The position numbers were made by a program, and so were the translations under genes. 64,000 bases of DNA, taken from the NCBI GenBank assembly GCA_964401835.1, contig CAYNZP010000006.1, positions 34,020-98,019 on the forward strand, given 5' to 3'. Numbering within the stretch: position 1 is the first letter of the stretch; every line of letters begins with the position of its first letter. Below are positions 9,412 through 18,597 of the stretch, piece by piece. Under the pieces are notes generated by a model, which saw only the letters and a program-made list of their open reading frames with translations, ran no database searches and had not been told where the DNA came from. The DNA comes from an uncultured Planctomycetaceae bacterium (lineage in GTDB: Bacteria; Planctomycetota; Phycisphaerae; SM23-33).

Positions 9412-9960
9412 TTATTCGCCTGTTTCGTCCGTTGCTGGCGTTTCCATTTCCGCTTCCGGTTCAGACTCAGCCGGCTTGGTTTCCGGCTGGCCATAGTAGC
9501 CCTCTGCAACCACACTGGGTTTCCAGTTGGGACGGAATCCACGCGCCTTCAGTGTCGTACCTTCGGTTATGCGTATGGCACTTTCGTAGGCTTTCGATTC
9601 CTCGGTCGGCTCGCTACCATCGAGAGTATAGAAAATATCAGCCCGCGGCGTGCCGGACTCGACCGTCACGAAGGCTTCGTCATCTTCAACAGGGCCGGGG
9701 GTGGGGTTAAAAACCGGCGCCATTACCGTGCCCGGCTCGGGCCTGTATGTAATCGAGGTGAAAACCGCAAGAATCAGGAACATCGCGGTTAAGACTATCG
9801 TCACCCAGGTAAGTACGTCACCCGTGCGTGTACCAAATGCACTGCTGCCGGCGCCGCCGAAAGCTGCACCAAGGCCGCCGCCTCTGCCCTTCTGCAGCAG
9901 GACGACAAGTACCAGCAGAACACATGTAATGATGAACAAAGTAAATAATGCGATATCCAT
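9412..9960 (-). CDS. secG: preprotein translocase subunit SecG with a ~110-aa C-terminal extension
   Basis: N-terminal SecG core (LLQKGRGGGLGAAFGG...FGTRTGD..LT) with two TM helices. Conserved secG-tpiA adjacency. The C-terminal tail resembles a chitobiase/hexosaminidase C-terminal beta-sandwich (FYTLDGSEPTEESKAYESAIRITEGTTLKARGF). Confidence 0.8.
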   Translation of the reverse strand: MDIALFTLFIITCVLLVLVVLLQKGRGGGLGAAFGGAGSSAFGTRTGDVLTWVTIVLTAMFLILAVFTSITYRPEPGTVMAPVFNPTPGPVEDDEAFVTVESGTPRADIFYTLDGSEPTEESKAYESAIRITEGTTLKARGFRPNWKPSVVAEGYYGQPETKPAESEPEAEMETPATDETGE

Positions 9961-10000
9961 AACTCAAACTCTCTCTATTTCAAATTCTATACTTTCCATA

Positions 10001-10762
10001 CTAAAAAGCTTTCGCGATCCCCGCAAAGTCATCTACCTTCAGGCTCGCTCCGCCGACAAGTGCGCCGTCTATATCTTCCTGTGACAAAAGCTCAGACGCG
10101 TTTGAAGGCTTGACCGAACCGCCATACTGAATTCTAACGCTCTGGGCAAGTTCTTCGTCGTACATATCAGTCAAAAGTCCGCGAATCATCGCGTGGATTT
10201 CCTGTGCCTGCTCGGGAGTCGCGGTAAGACCCGTGCCGATTGCCCATACAGGTTCGTACGCGATTGTTACGTTCATTGCGTCAGCCTTGCTGATGCCTTC
10301 CATGCCGACCTGAACCTGACGCTTGACAACTTCGATTGTCTGATTGGCCTCGCGCTCTTCCAGAAGCTCGCCTACACAGAGGATCGGCTTCAGGCCGTCA
10401 GCCAACGCCTTGGCAACCTTGCGGTTGATGAGTTCATCGGTCTCGCCGATTACATGCCGACGCTCGCTGTGACCAAGGATGACGTAAGTGCAGCCGACGT
10501 CTTTAAGCATCGCGGACGAAAGCTCGCCGGTAAATGCGCCGTTGTCCTCATAAAACATGTTCTGTGCGCCGAGGGCGATTTTGCTACTGTCGAGAGCCTG
10601 ACTTACTGATGCCAGATAAACCGCAGGCGGGCAGACAGCCAGATCTACCTCGTCAGTAAAGCCAAGCTGCTCCACGATAGCCTTGGCCAGCGACACTGCC
10701 TCGTCGCAGGACGTATTCATCTTCCAATTACCGGCAACAAACAACTTACGTGACATCTCCAA
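10001..10762 (-). CDS. tpiA: triose-phosphate isomerase
   Basis: Motifs AGNWKMN, ILGHSERR and AYEPVWAIGTG. Confidence 0.92.
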   Translation of the reverse strand: MEMSRKLFVAGNWKMNTSCDEAVSLAKAIVEQLGFTDEVDLAVCPPAVYLASVSQALDSSKIALGAQNMFYEDNGAFTGELSSAMLKDVGCTYVILGHSERRHVIGETDELINRKVAKALADGLKPILCVGELLEEREANQTIEVVKRQVQVGMEGISKADAMNVTIAYEPVWAIGTGLTATPEQAQEIHAMIRGLLTDMYDEELAQSVRIQYGGSVKPSNASELLSQEDIDGALVGGASLKVDDFAGIAKAF

Positions 10763-10785
10763 AAATCCTTTCAGCTTACTTTTTC

Positions 10786-11886
10786 TTAAACGGGCTCTGT
10801 CGCCTTGGGAAAACTTCCCAGAACGTGCATCTCACCACAATGGCTTCTCGCCGCTTCGAGGGCCTTGACGAAATTCTCGTCTTCAAAATGGCCGTCAGCA
10901 TCGACGAAGAAGTAATATTCCCAGTCGCGCCTCTTTGAAGGACGGGTATCGATATTCGTCAGATTAATTCCGAAACTTGCGAATACATTCAGAACATCCA
11001 CCAAGGCGCCTGACTTATGGGCTGTTGTGAACATAATCGCCGTCTTGTCATTACCGGTCCGTTTGGCAGGGGCCGGTGAAATGACAAAGAACCGCGTCAT
11101 GTTTTTCGGATTGTCCTCGATATTCGCAAAGACGGTCTTGAGTTCGTAAAGCTCTCCGGCCAGGCTTGAACCAATGGCGGCCAGTCCCTCATCAGCCCCG
11201 GCAGCGGCCATCTCGGCAGCCTTTGATGTACTGGCGACCGGAATAAGCTCAGCCTGTTTGAAGCTGGTCGAGAGCCAGTTTCGGCACTGGGCGAAAACTT
11301 CCGGCTTGGACGCTATAGACTTAATTTCCTCGGGTGCGCAATTAGCCAGGAGGTTATGATGAATCTCTACGATTACCTCGGCGTAGATATAAACGTGGGC
11401 GCCAATGAAAGAATCCAGCGTGTCAACCACGCCGCCGCCGACGTTGTTCTCTATCGGCACGAGCCCCAGGTCGCAATGGCCGCGGGCAACCTCTTCGAAA
11501 ACCGCCCTGATATCAGCCAGGGGACGGTACTCGACGGAGGCTCCAAATTTTTTCTGAGCTGCCAAGTTGGAAAAGCTACCTTCCGGGCCCAGATAACCTA
11601 TGCGAAGCGGTTTTTCGAGTGCAAACGAACCGCTCATCAGTTCACGGTAAATCGCCTGGAGTGTTTTTTGTGGAAGTGGGCCTTTATTGAGCTTGGCAAT
11701 CCTCTCGAACACGGCATGTTCCCGGTCGGGCGCGTAGATGGGCGCGTCGTTGGCGAGTTTAGTCTTGCCAACTTCGACAACTACATCCGCCCTGGCGTTG
11801 AGAAGCTCGACTATTTTTGCGTCCAACTCGTCGATTTTCTTCCGCAACTGCCCGAGGTCTTTATTCTTGCCTTTCTTATCGCTCAT
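10786..11886 (-). CDS. pheA: bifunctional chorismate mutase / prephenate dehydratase (P-protein)
   Basis: N-terminal CM helix (LRKKIDELDAKIVELLNARA), a PDT domain (IGYLGPEGSFS) and a C-terminal ACT-like region. Confidence 0.85.
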   Translation of the reverse strand: MSDKKGKNKDLGQLRKKIDELDAKIVELLNARADVVVEVGKTKLANDAPIYAPDREHAVFERIAKLNKGPLPQKTLQAIYRELMSGSFALEKPLRIGYLGPEGSFSNLAAQKKFGASVEYRPLADIRAVFEEVARGHCDLGLVPIENNVGGGVVDTLDSFIGAHVYIYAEVIVEIHHNLLANCAPEEIKSIASKPEVFAQCRNWLSTSFKQAELIPVASTSKAAEMAAAGADEGLAAIGSSLAGELYELKTVFANIEDNPKNMTRFFVISPAPAKRTGNDKTAIMFTTAHKSGALVDVLNVFASFGINLTNIDTRPSKRRDWEYYFFVDADGHFEDENFVKALEAARSHCGEMHVLGSFPKATEPV

Positions 11887-12013
11887 CGTTTTAGCTTCTT
11901 ATTTCCTAAGCGCAGGGAATTCCCGCAAATATAGACGGGTCTTTGTACCCGCGGTTGGCCTTTTGGTCAAGGTTTTTTGCAGCCCGAATGGGGCAAAAAC
12001 AGACCTAAAACGC

Positions 12014-14263
12014 CTAGACAAGGCTTATCGGGTCGACATCGGTGATAATCTCAGCCGGAATATGGCCGGTCAATTCAGCCATCCGAGGTGATATTATCTG
12101 CTGTACAAGGCCCGCCCTGGCGGACATCAGCATTATCTGGAAACGGAATTGCTTGCGAATCTTCAGGACGCCAGCCGGCATCGGGCCCATCATTGAAACT
12201 CCATCGGGCAGTAACTTTCTGAGCCGATCAGCCAGCATCTTGGCCCCCTCCTCGGCCCGTTCGATCTTTTCGTGGCGGATGACAAACCTTATCATGCGGG
12301 CAAATGGCGGTAAGTGCATTTGCTTACGAGGATTAAGCTCATAATTGGCAAAGCCGTCATAATCGTGATTCAAGGCGAATTGTATAGCCGGCTCTTCCTC
12401 ATGAAGCGTCTGGACGACAACCTCTCCGGGCACCTGTGCCCGCCCTGCCCGCCCGGCAACCTGGACTATCAGCTGGAATGTCCGCTCAGCCGCCCGGAAA
12501 TCGGGTATCGACAGTGAAGTGTCAGCTGAAACCACGCCGACGAGTGACACTCGCGGGAAGTCCAACCCCTTGGCAACCATCTGCGTTCCGAGCAAGATAT
12601 CCAGCTTGCCCTGAGAAAATTCCTCGAAGACCTTTTTGAATTGTTTCGGCGAGGTCATCGTGTCGCTGTCCATCCGGGCTACTTTCGCCTCCGGAAATTT
12701 GCGGTCAAGCTCATCCTCTATCCGCTGTATTCCCATGCCAAACAGCAGCAGCTTTCCTTTGCAGGCCGGGCAGTAATCCAGCAGAGTCTGCGTATGCTGG
12801 CAGTAGTGGCACATCGCCAACTGCGTCGCCTGGTGGAAAACCATCATCCGCGTGCAATGTTCGCACACCATCTCCCACTTGCACTTGGGGCAGAACACAT
12901 AGCTGGCGTAGCCGCGGCGGTTCATCAGCAGGATAATCTGCTCGCTACGATCCAGCGCGGCAGCCATCTTTTGCGTAAGCGTCCTGCCGATAAGTTCGAT
13001 CTTGCCCCGCTGGAGTTCCCTGCGAAGGTGCACTATCTGGAGCTTGGGCATCTCCAGGCCGCGGACACGTTTGGGCAGCCGCAGCATTTCGTATTTGTCG
13101 CTCTTGACATTTTGCAGCGATTCCAGCGAAGGCGTAGCCGAGCCAAGTACAATCGGCACGTCCGCAAGGGCTGCGCGTTTGACCGCGACATCTCTGCCGT
13201 GGTATCGCGGTGTGGTGTCCTGCTTGTAGGTCGGTTCGTGTTCCTCATCGACGATAATCAGGCCGAGTTTTCGTGTCGGCGCGAATATCGCACTTCTCGG
13301 GCCTACCACAACGCTTGCTCCCCCGCCGAGTATCTGCTGGTAATAGAAAGCCCGCTGTGCGTCGGTCAGACCACTGTGAAGCACCGCCACTCGAGGCAGC
13401 CGTTGTATGAGTCGTTCGAGTGTCTGGGTCGTCAGGGCGATTTCCGGCACGAGCAGAATTGTCTGTTTGCCGGCTGCAATCATTTTACGTATCGCACGAA
13501 TGTAAACTTCTGTTTTTCCGCTGCCGGTTACCCCATAAAGAAGTGATGCGGAAAAGCCGCCGCTGAGTTTCCCATCAAGTTCGGCAAGGACCTTTTGCTG
13601 GTCGCTATTAAGCTCGAATGAATCGCCCCCATCCTCATCGCTAAGTTCTGGAAGCGTTACAGGGTGGGTTTCCGTGCGGACAAGCTCTCTGCCGGAGAGG
13701 CGGCTGAAACTGTCACGCGATGCACCACTGTGCGAAAGCAGCTGTTCAAGAGTAAGCGGCTCGATTCCCTGTTTGCGGGCCTCGTAAAGCTCATCGAGAA
13801 TCTTTTTTTGCCGCAAACCAAGCCTCGCAGGCCAATCTTTGCGATTACTATCCAGAAATACGACGGTCTGATTTTTCGGGCCATGCCTGCCGACTGCCGA
13901 TGGGATCATAGCTGCCAGCGTCATTCCAGGCGGACTGATGTAATACCGGCTAATCCACTCGCCAAGTTCGAACAGCTGCGAATCGAGCTGAGCTTCCCTG
14001 TCGATTACCTCGCTGACAACTTTGAGCTTATGCCTGCCCGCCCGCCGGAGTGTATCTACGACAAAACCGAGCGTCTTGCGATTTGACCTGCCGAAAGGAA
14101 CGCGGACTCTCGCACCGACCTGTGGCTCGCCAAGTGCGTCAGGCCAAGCGTAGTCGAAGCTCTCCCAGACATTCGCAGCAACTGCTACCCCCACCACCCG
14201 CGCTTGTGAGGCCGGCTGGGACGCAGGAACATTCGAGTCCTTGTCTTCAAAAAGCACTCCCAT
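12014..14263 (-). CDS. priA: primosomal protein N' (replication restart helicase)
   Basis: Walker A GVTGSGKTEVY, DEEH box IVDEEHE, and a Cys-rich zinc-binding insertion (CPKCKWEMVCEHC...CHYCQ...CPACKG). Confidence 0.9.
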   Translation of the reverse strand: MGVLFEDKDSNVPASQPASQARVVGVAVAANVWESFDYAWPDALGEPQVGARVRVPFGRSNRKTLGFVVDTLRRAGRHKLKVVSEVIDREAQLDSQLFELGEWISRYYISPPGMTLAAMIPSAVGRHGPKNQTVVFLDSNRKDWPARLGLRQKKILDELYEARKQGIEPLTLEQLLSHSGASRDSFSRLSGRELVRTETHPVTLPELSDEDGGDSFELNSDQQKVLAELDGKLSGGFSASLLYGVTGSGKTEVYIRAIRKMIAAGKQTILLVPEIALTTQTLERLIQRLPRVAVLHSGLTDAQRAFYYQQILGGGASVVVGPRSAIFAPTRKLGLIIVDEEHEPTYKQDTTPRYHGRDVAVKRAALADVPIVLGSATPSLESLQNVKSDKYEMLRLPKRVRGLEMPKLQIVHLRRELQRGKIELIGRTLTQKMAAALDRSEQIILLMNRRGYASYVFCPKCKWEMVCEHCTRMMVFHQATQLAMCHYCQHTQTLLDYCPACKGKLLLFGMGIQRIEDELDRKFPEAKVARMDSDTMTSPKQFKKVFEEFSQGKLDILLGTQMVAKGLDFPRVSLVGVVSADTSLSIPDFRAAERTFQLIVQVAGRAGRAQVPGEVVVQTLHEEEPAIQFALNHDYDGFANYELNPRKQMHLPPFARMIRFVIRHEKIERAEEGAKMLADRLRKLLPDGVSMMGPMPAGVLKIRKQFRFQIMLMSARAGLVQQIISPRMAELTGHIPAEIITDVDPISLV

Positions 14264-14401
14264 GGATGCATAGTAATACAGAGCAGCAAAATTGCAAACA
14301 CGGCTCTGGCAAAGACTCGTCCCAAAAGCCGATAACCGCTGTTGCTATTCACATCTATCGAGGATAATCTTTATTGAGCCCCTGACAGGTCTTCCCGTGG
14401 T

Positions 14402-14650
14402 CGCGACGCTTGATTTTTTGGTCGCAGACAAGGAACGAGAAGGATAAGATGCCGAAGCATCATTGACTTTCGAGTGACGATGTATGCGGCCAAAAGGGCA
14501 TGCGTCCCTTCGCGTTGCAGCAAAAATCGGCGTCTACATTGTTGCGGCTCCTCACCATACCATCAAGGTATGGTGTCGTCGCCGACGCCTTGTATCCACT
14601 CGATTTTTGTTGCAACGCGGCTCACGCGAAGTCCTGTCAGGGGCTCTTGA
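14402..14650 (+). repeat. conserved ~250-nt intergenic element, copy A (putative structured RNA / 5'-leader element); its paralogue lies at 25589-25841
   Basis: ~80% nucleotide identity to copy B over ~250 nt. Contains a perfect hairpin CACCATACC-ATCAA-GGTATGGTG. The differences between copies are compensatory, as detailed in the findings. Confidence 0.6.
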
Positions 14651-14688
14651 GCACTGCATAACAGACACGGATGTAAGGAGAAGTTGAA

Positions 14689-15183
14689 ATGGCAGAAAAC
14701 ATAACGGGAAAACCGACAGGCCAGGAACCCCCTATCGAGGGCAGCAAGATACTGGTCGTTGACGACAACGCACAGAATCTCGAGCTAATCGTCGCTTATC
14801 TAGATACCATTGATTGCAAGATTTCCACCGCTGTCGACGGCGTCGAGGCTCTGGACAAAGTTCAAGCCGAGCAACCAGACCTTATCCTGCTTGATATCAT
14901 GATGCCTCGCATGAGCGGTTTTGAGGTTTGCCGCAAGCTTAAATCAGACCCGGCCACGCGGGATATCCCGATAATAATGGTCACTGCTCTGAACGAACTT
15001 GGCGATATCGAGCGAGGTGTCGAAAGCGGCACGGACGATTTTATTTCCAAGCCGGTAAATCGTCTCGAACTGCTTACACGCGTAAAGAGCCTGCTTCGCG
15101 TTCGCCACCTCAAGAGTGAACTCGACCGTACGCTCGCCTACCTCAATAGTGTTGAAAGCGAAAGCCAGCCATCAACCAACTGA
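14689..15183 (+). CDS. stand-alone CheY-like response regulator receiver protein
   Basis: ILVVDDN ... DLILLDIMMP ... KP receiver motifs. Strong SD AAGGAG 8 nt upstream. Confidence 0.8.
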   Translation: MAENITGKPTGQEPPIEGSKILVVDDNAQNLELIVAYLDTIDCKISTAVDGVEALDKVQAEQPDLILLDIMMPRMSGFEVCRKLKSDPATRDIPIIMVTALNELGDIERGVESGTDDFISKPVNRLELLTRVKSLLRVRHLKSELDRTLAYLNSVESESQPSTN

Positions 15184-15198
15184 TTTGGAGCAGCTCAT

Positions 15199-17925
15199 AT
15201 GAAACCCGGATTTTTTTTTGCGGCAATTCTAATCGCCTTCCTCGTTTTCGCCCCGCTATGCCTCGCTGATGCCCAGCCCTCAACCAAGCCGGCATCACTA
15301 GCCGTAGCAGAGACGCTCGTTTCTCAGCCGGGCCTGGTCGTAGCGAAACTGGAAAATGGGCTGACCGTGATTGTAAAACGCTCAGCCGGCACTGGAGTCG
15401 TTACTGTCCGAGGTTATGTGCGGGCTGGCAGCATTTTCGAAGATAAATGGCTGGGTTGCGGTGTAAGCCATCTGCTCGAGCACCTTGTCGCCGAAGGCGC
15501 CGAGCACGACGGCCAAGGCCCTACTGCTGATCAAGCAAAGAATGCGTCCTCGCGAGTTGCACAAATTGGCGGTCAGTCAAACGCCTATACATCGCTGAGC
15601 TATACCTGCTATTACATCTCCGCCGCTGCCGGAAAAACCGACGATTGCGTTGCGCTGGTGGCAGACTGGCTGGCCAGGCCGGAGATAACGAAAGAGGCTT
15701 TCGAGAGAGAACACGGGGTCGTGCAGCGCGAACTCGAGATGCGAAAGAACGAGCCCTCCCGACAAATATGGCAGGCCAACATGGCCAACGCCTTTGCCGG
15801 TCATCCCGCCGAAGTTCCGATCATCGGCTATCAAAGCCCCCTTTCAAAGCTTACACACGAAGACGTACTGGCTTACCACAAGAAAATGTACATCCCGCAG
15901 AATATGATCTTCTGCGTCGTCGGCGATATTGACCCTCGAAAAGTTTTGGAAAAGACCCGGCAGGAATTTGCAGGCATGGAACCGGGAAGAGTTCCCAGTC
16001 ATTCTCTGCCACAAGTTCCACCAATTTCCGGCGTCAAAAGAGCCCTGCGTCAAAGTCCAGCCATCAGTGAAATTATCGGGCGGATTAATTTCCGCACCAT
16101 CCCCCTTTTACATGAAGACCTGTATGCACTCGACGTGCTCTCGTACGTCCTGTCTGAAGGCAAATCCAGCCGCCTTTTCCGCAAAATACAGCGGGAAAAT
16201 AAACTGGTAACATCCATTAGCTCAGGTTCATGGACACCTGACTGGGGAAATGGGATATTTGTTGTTAGCTTCCGCGCAAAGCCCGAAAACGCAGACGCAG
16301 CAGAGGCTGCCATCATTGATGAGCTGAAAAAGATAGCCGCCGATGGCGTAACGGCTGATGAGCTCAAGCGGGCGAAGAGACAAAAAGTCGCCGACTTTGT
16401 TTATTCTCAACAGACAATCGAATCCCAGGCCCAAACACTCGCAGGCGATTTTCTTAGCACCGGCGATATAAACTTCAGCCAGGATTATACAGACAAAATC
16501 CAGGCTGTAACCGCCGAGCAGGTGCAAAAGGCTGCCAGGAAATATTTCACATTCGACAAGATGGCTGTAACGCTTATGGTGCCCAAGGCCGAAGCTCCTG
16601 CAACTCAGCCGACGACTCAAGCAGGCGAAAAAAACGAGGAAATCTCATTTGAGCTTCCAAATGGGCTCAGGGTCATCCTCCAGCCTACCAATGGCGGGCT
16701 GGTTTCCATGACCTTTGCGACCAAGGGTGGGCTGCTTCTGGAAGACGAGCGAACAAACGGCTTCGGCACATTGATGACCGCACTGAGTACCAAAGGCGCT
16801 GGCGAACTCTCGGCCGAGCAGATTGCAGAATTCTTCGACTCTGCCGGCGGGCAGATTGTGGCCAACTGCGGTAACAACACCTTCTACTGGCAGGCGACGG
16901 TCCTGGAAGATAGCTCCAGCCGCGCGTTGGATATCTTTGCAGACGTAATAATCCGGCCCACGCTTAGTGAAAAGGAACTGGAAATATTGCGGCCGGTGCA
17001 GCTGGCGAAGATAAGGATGGTCGATGAGAACTGGCAGTCGCAGTTGCAAAAGTTCTTCCGCAGCAACTTCTTTAATAATCCACAATACAAACTTCTTCCG
17101 GTCGGCAGCGAAGAGGTTGTCGCTTCGGCCACTGCCGAGCAGATAAAACAGTGGCACAAATCCATCCATGGTGGTGCAAGTGTACTGACAGTTTACGGGA
17201 AGTTTAATGCGGATGAAGCTCGCAAAAAGATAGAAACACTTTTCGAGGGCCTTCCCGCTGGGATGACAAAGCTGTCCGGACCGATTGAACCAAAAACTGT
17301 TCTGGTAGACGAAACTACAGTTCTCAAGACAAAAAATACCGTTGCGGGTGTGATAGTGGCCGTGCCTGGCATGACCCTGGATAACCTTGAGGACCGATTC
17401 GCGATCGACGTGTTGGATACAATAATAAGCGGCTATCATCTGCCCGATGGCTGGCTGCACAACGAACTACGCGGAAAGCAGCTGGTATATGTCGTCCACG
17501 CATATAACTGGATGGGGCTACTTCCAGGCGCATTTATTACCTATGCGGCCGGCCAGCCGGAAAACGTGGAAAAAGTCGTTGAGATAATCAAAGACAATCT
17601 CAGCAAGGCCTCCCAATACACGCCAACCCAGCAAGAGATTGACCGGGCGGTTAATGTGATTCTGACGGCTGAGCTTCTGGGCAACCAGGAGCTTTCGGCC
17701 AGAAGCCTTTCAGCGGCACTCGATGAGCTTTATTACGGTTTTAGTTTAAGAAGCAAACTCGAACAATATTATCGCAAGGTTACGCCGGCTGACGTCGCAC
17801 GTGTCGCGAAAAAATATCTTTCCGGGCCTTACGTTACAATCGTAACGAGCCCGCAGAATTTTGAGACGGAAGATTTGGAAGACAAAAATTCACAGGGGCT
17901 TCAAAAAGACGGCTCTTCAGAGTAA
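15199..17925 (+). CDS. secreted M16-family zinc peptidase (pitrilysin/insulinase-like, duplicated two-half architecture)
   Basis: Signal peptide. Inverted zinc-binding motif HLLEH in GVSHLLEHLVAEG. Two ~450-aa halves, each with the M16 fold (YGKFNADEARKKIETLFEGL in the second half). Confidence 0.85.
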   Translation: MKPGFFFAAILIAFLVFAPLCLADAQPSTKPASLAVAETLVSQPGLVVAKLENGLTVIVKRSAGTGVVTVRGYVRAGSIFEDKWLGCGVSHLLEHLVAEGAEHDGQGPTADQAKNASSRVAQIGGQSNAYTSLSYTCYYISAAAGKTDDCVALVADWLARPEITKEAFEREHGVVQRELEMRKNEPSRQIWQANMANAFAGHPAEVPIIGYQSPLSKLTHEDVLAYHKKMYIPQNMIFCVVGDIDPRKVLEKTRQEFAGMEPGRVPSHSLPQVPPISGVKRALRQSPAISEIIGRINFRTIPLLHEDLYALDVLSYVLSEGKSSRLFRKIQRENKLVTSISSGSWTPDWGNGIFVVSFRAKPENADAAEAAIIDELKKIAADGVTADELKRAKRQKVADFVYSQQTIESQAQTLAGDFLSTGDINFSQDYTDKIQAVTAEQVQKAARKYFTFDKMAVTLMVPKAEAPATQPTTQAGEKNEEISFELPNGLRVILQPTNGGLVSMTFATKGGLLLEDERTNGFGTLMTALSTKGAGELSAEQIAEFFDSAGGQIVANCGNNTFYWQATVLEDSSSRALDIFADVIIRPTLSEKELEILRPVQLAKIRMVDENWQSQLQKFFRSNFFNNPQYKLLPVGSEEVVASATAEQIKQWHKSIHGGASVLTVYGKFNADEARKKIETLFEGLPAGMTKLSGPIEPKTVLVDETTVLKTKNTVAGVIVAVPGMTLDNLEDRFAIDVLDTIISGYHLPDGWLHNELRGKQLVYVVHAYNWMGLLPGAFITYAAGQPENVEKVVEIIKDNLSKASQYTPTQQEIDRAVNVILTAELLGNQELSARSLSAALDELYYGFSLRSKLEQYYRKVTPADVARVAKKYLSGPYVTIVTSPQNFETEDLEDKNSQGLQKDGSSE

Positions 17926-17959
17926 GTTAGTTCAAAAGTCACCAGACAGGAGTAAAGAA

Positions 17960-18589
17960 GTGTCAGGAAACGAAGATATTCTTAATAAGTCCGTACGAGA
18001 ATTCGCCGCGGCTACCGCAGCCAAGAGCCCCACTCCAGGTGGCGGAAGTGTCGCAGGTGCAGTAGGTTCTCTCTCGGCTGCACTTGGTGAAATGTCGTTG
18101 AACTTCACGCGCGGCAAAAAGAAATACGCCGAGCACGAGGAATATTACGCACAGCTGGCCACCCGGCTGGAAAACGCCCGTAAGATGTTCGAAAACCTGG
18201 TCGCTGACGATATCCAGGCATATAAACTCTATCAGGAAGCGCAGAAGCAGGAAGACGGCCCAGACAAGCAGCAGGCCGTCCAGCTCGCCACAGCAGCGGC
18301 TATCGACGTTCCGCGCGAAACGACTAAGCTTTCGCTTGCCGTGCTGAAAGACCTCGAACAATTTGCCGACAAGTGTAACCCATGGCTGATTACCGACCTG
18401 ATGGCATCTGCGGCACTTGCCGTGGCAACAATTCAGCTTTCTGACTACAACGTCTGCGTAAACATACCGAGTGTTTCAGACAAGTCCGCTGCCGAAGAAA
18501 TCCTCCAAAGCTCCAAGGCCGACCTTGCAAAGGCGAAAGAGCTTTTCGAAATTATCGAAAAGGCCGGCTTTAAGATTCTCGGTTACTAA
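17960..18589 (+). CDS. FTCD_C-like cyclodeaminase/cyclohydrolase-domain protein
   Basis: PTPGGGSVAGAVGSLSAALGEMSLNFTRGKKKY matches the formiminotransferase-cyclodeaminase C-terminal (FTCD_C) signature. GTG start at 17960 with AGGAG 8 nt upstream. The ORF-track start at 17861 overlaps the M16 gene. Confidence 0.7.
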   Translation: MSGNEDILNKSVREFAAATAAKSPTPGGGSVAGAVGSLSAALGEMSLNFTRGKKKYAEHEEYYAQLATRLENARKMFENLVADDIQAYKLYQEAQKQEDGPDKQQAVQLATAAAIDVPRETTKLSLAVLKDLEQFADKCNPWLITDLMASAALAVATIQLSDYNVCVNIPSVSDKSAAEEILQSSKADLAKAKELFEIIEKAGFKILGY

Positions 18590-18597
18590 AAACTAAA

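Noticed and set aside
14484-14687. 67-aa ORF inside copy A of the structured element
   Set aside because: Same reason as above. Its translation is not conserved with the equivalent frame of copy B. There is no SD. The sequence is constrained as RNA.
17861-17959. Upstream part of the FTCD_C-like ORF overlapping the 3' end of the M16 peptidase gene
   Set aside because: An internal GTG at 17960 has an AGGAG SD at the ideal spacing, and the domain homology starts after it. The 5' overlap is a six-frame artefact.
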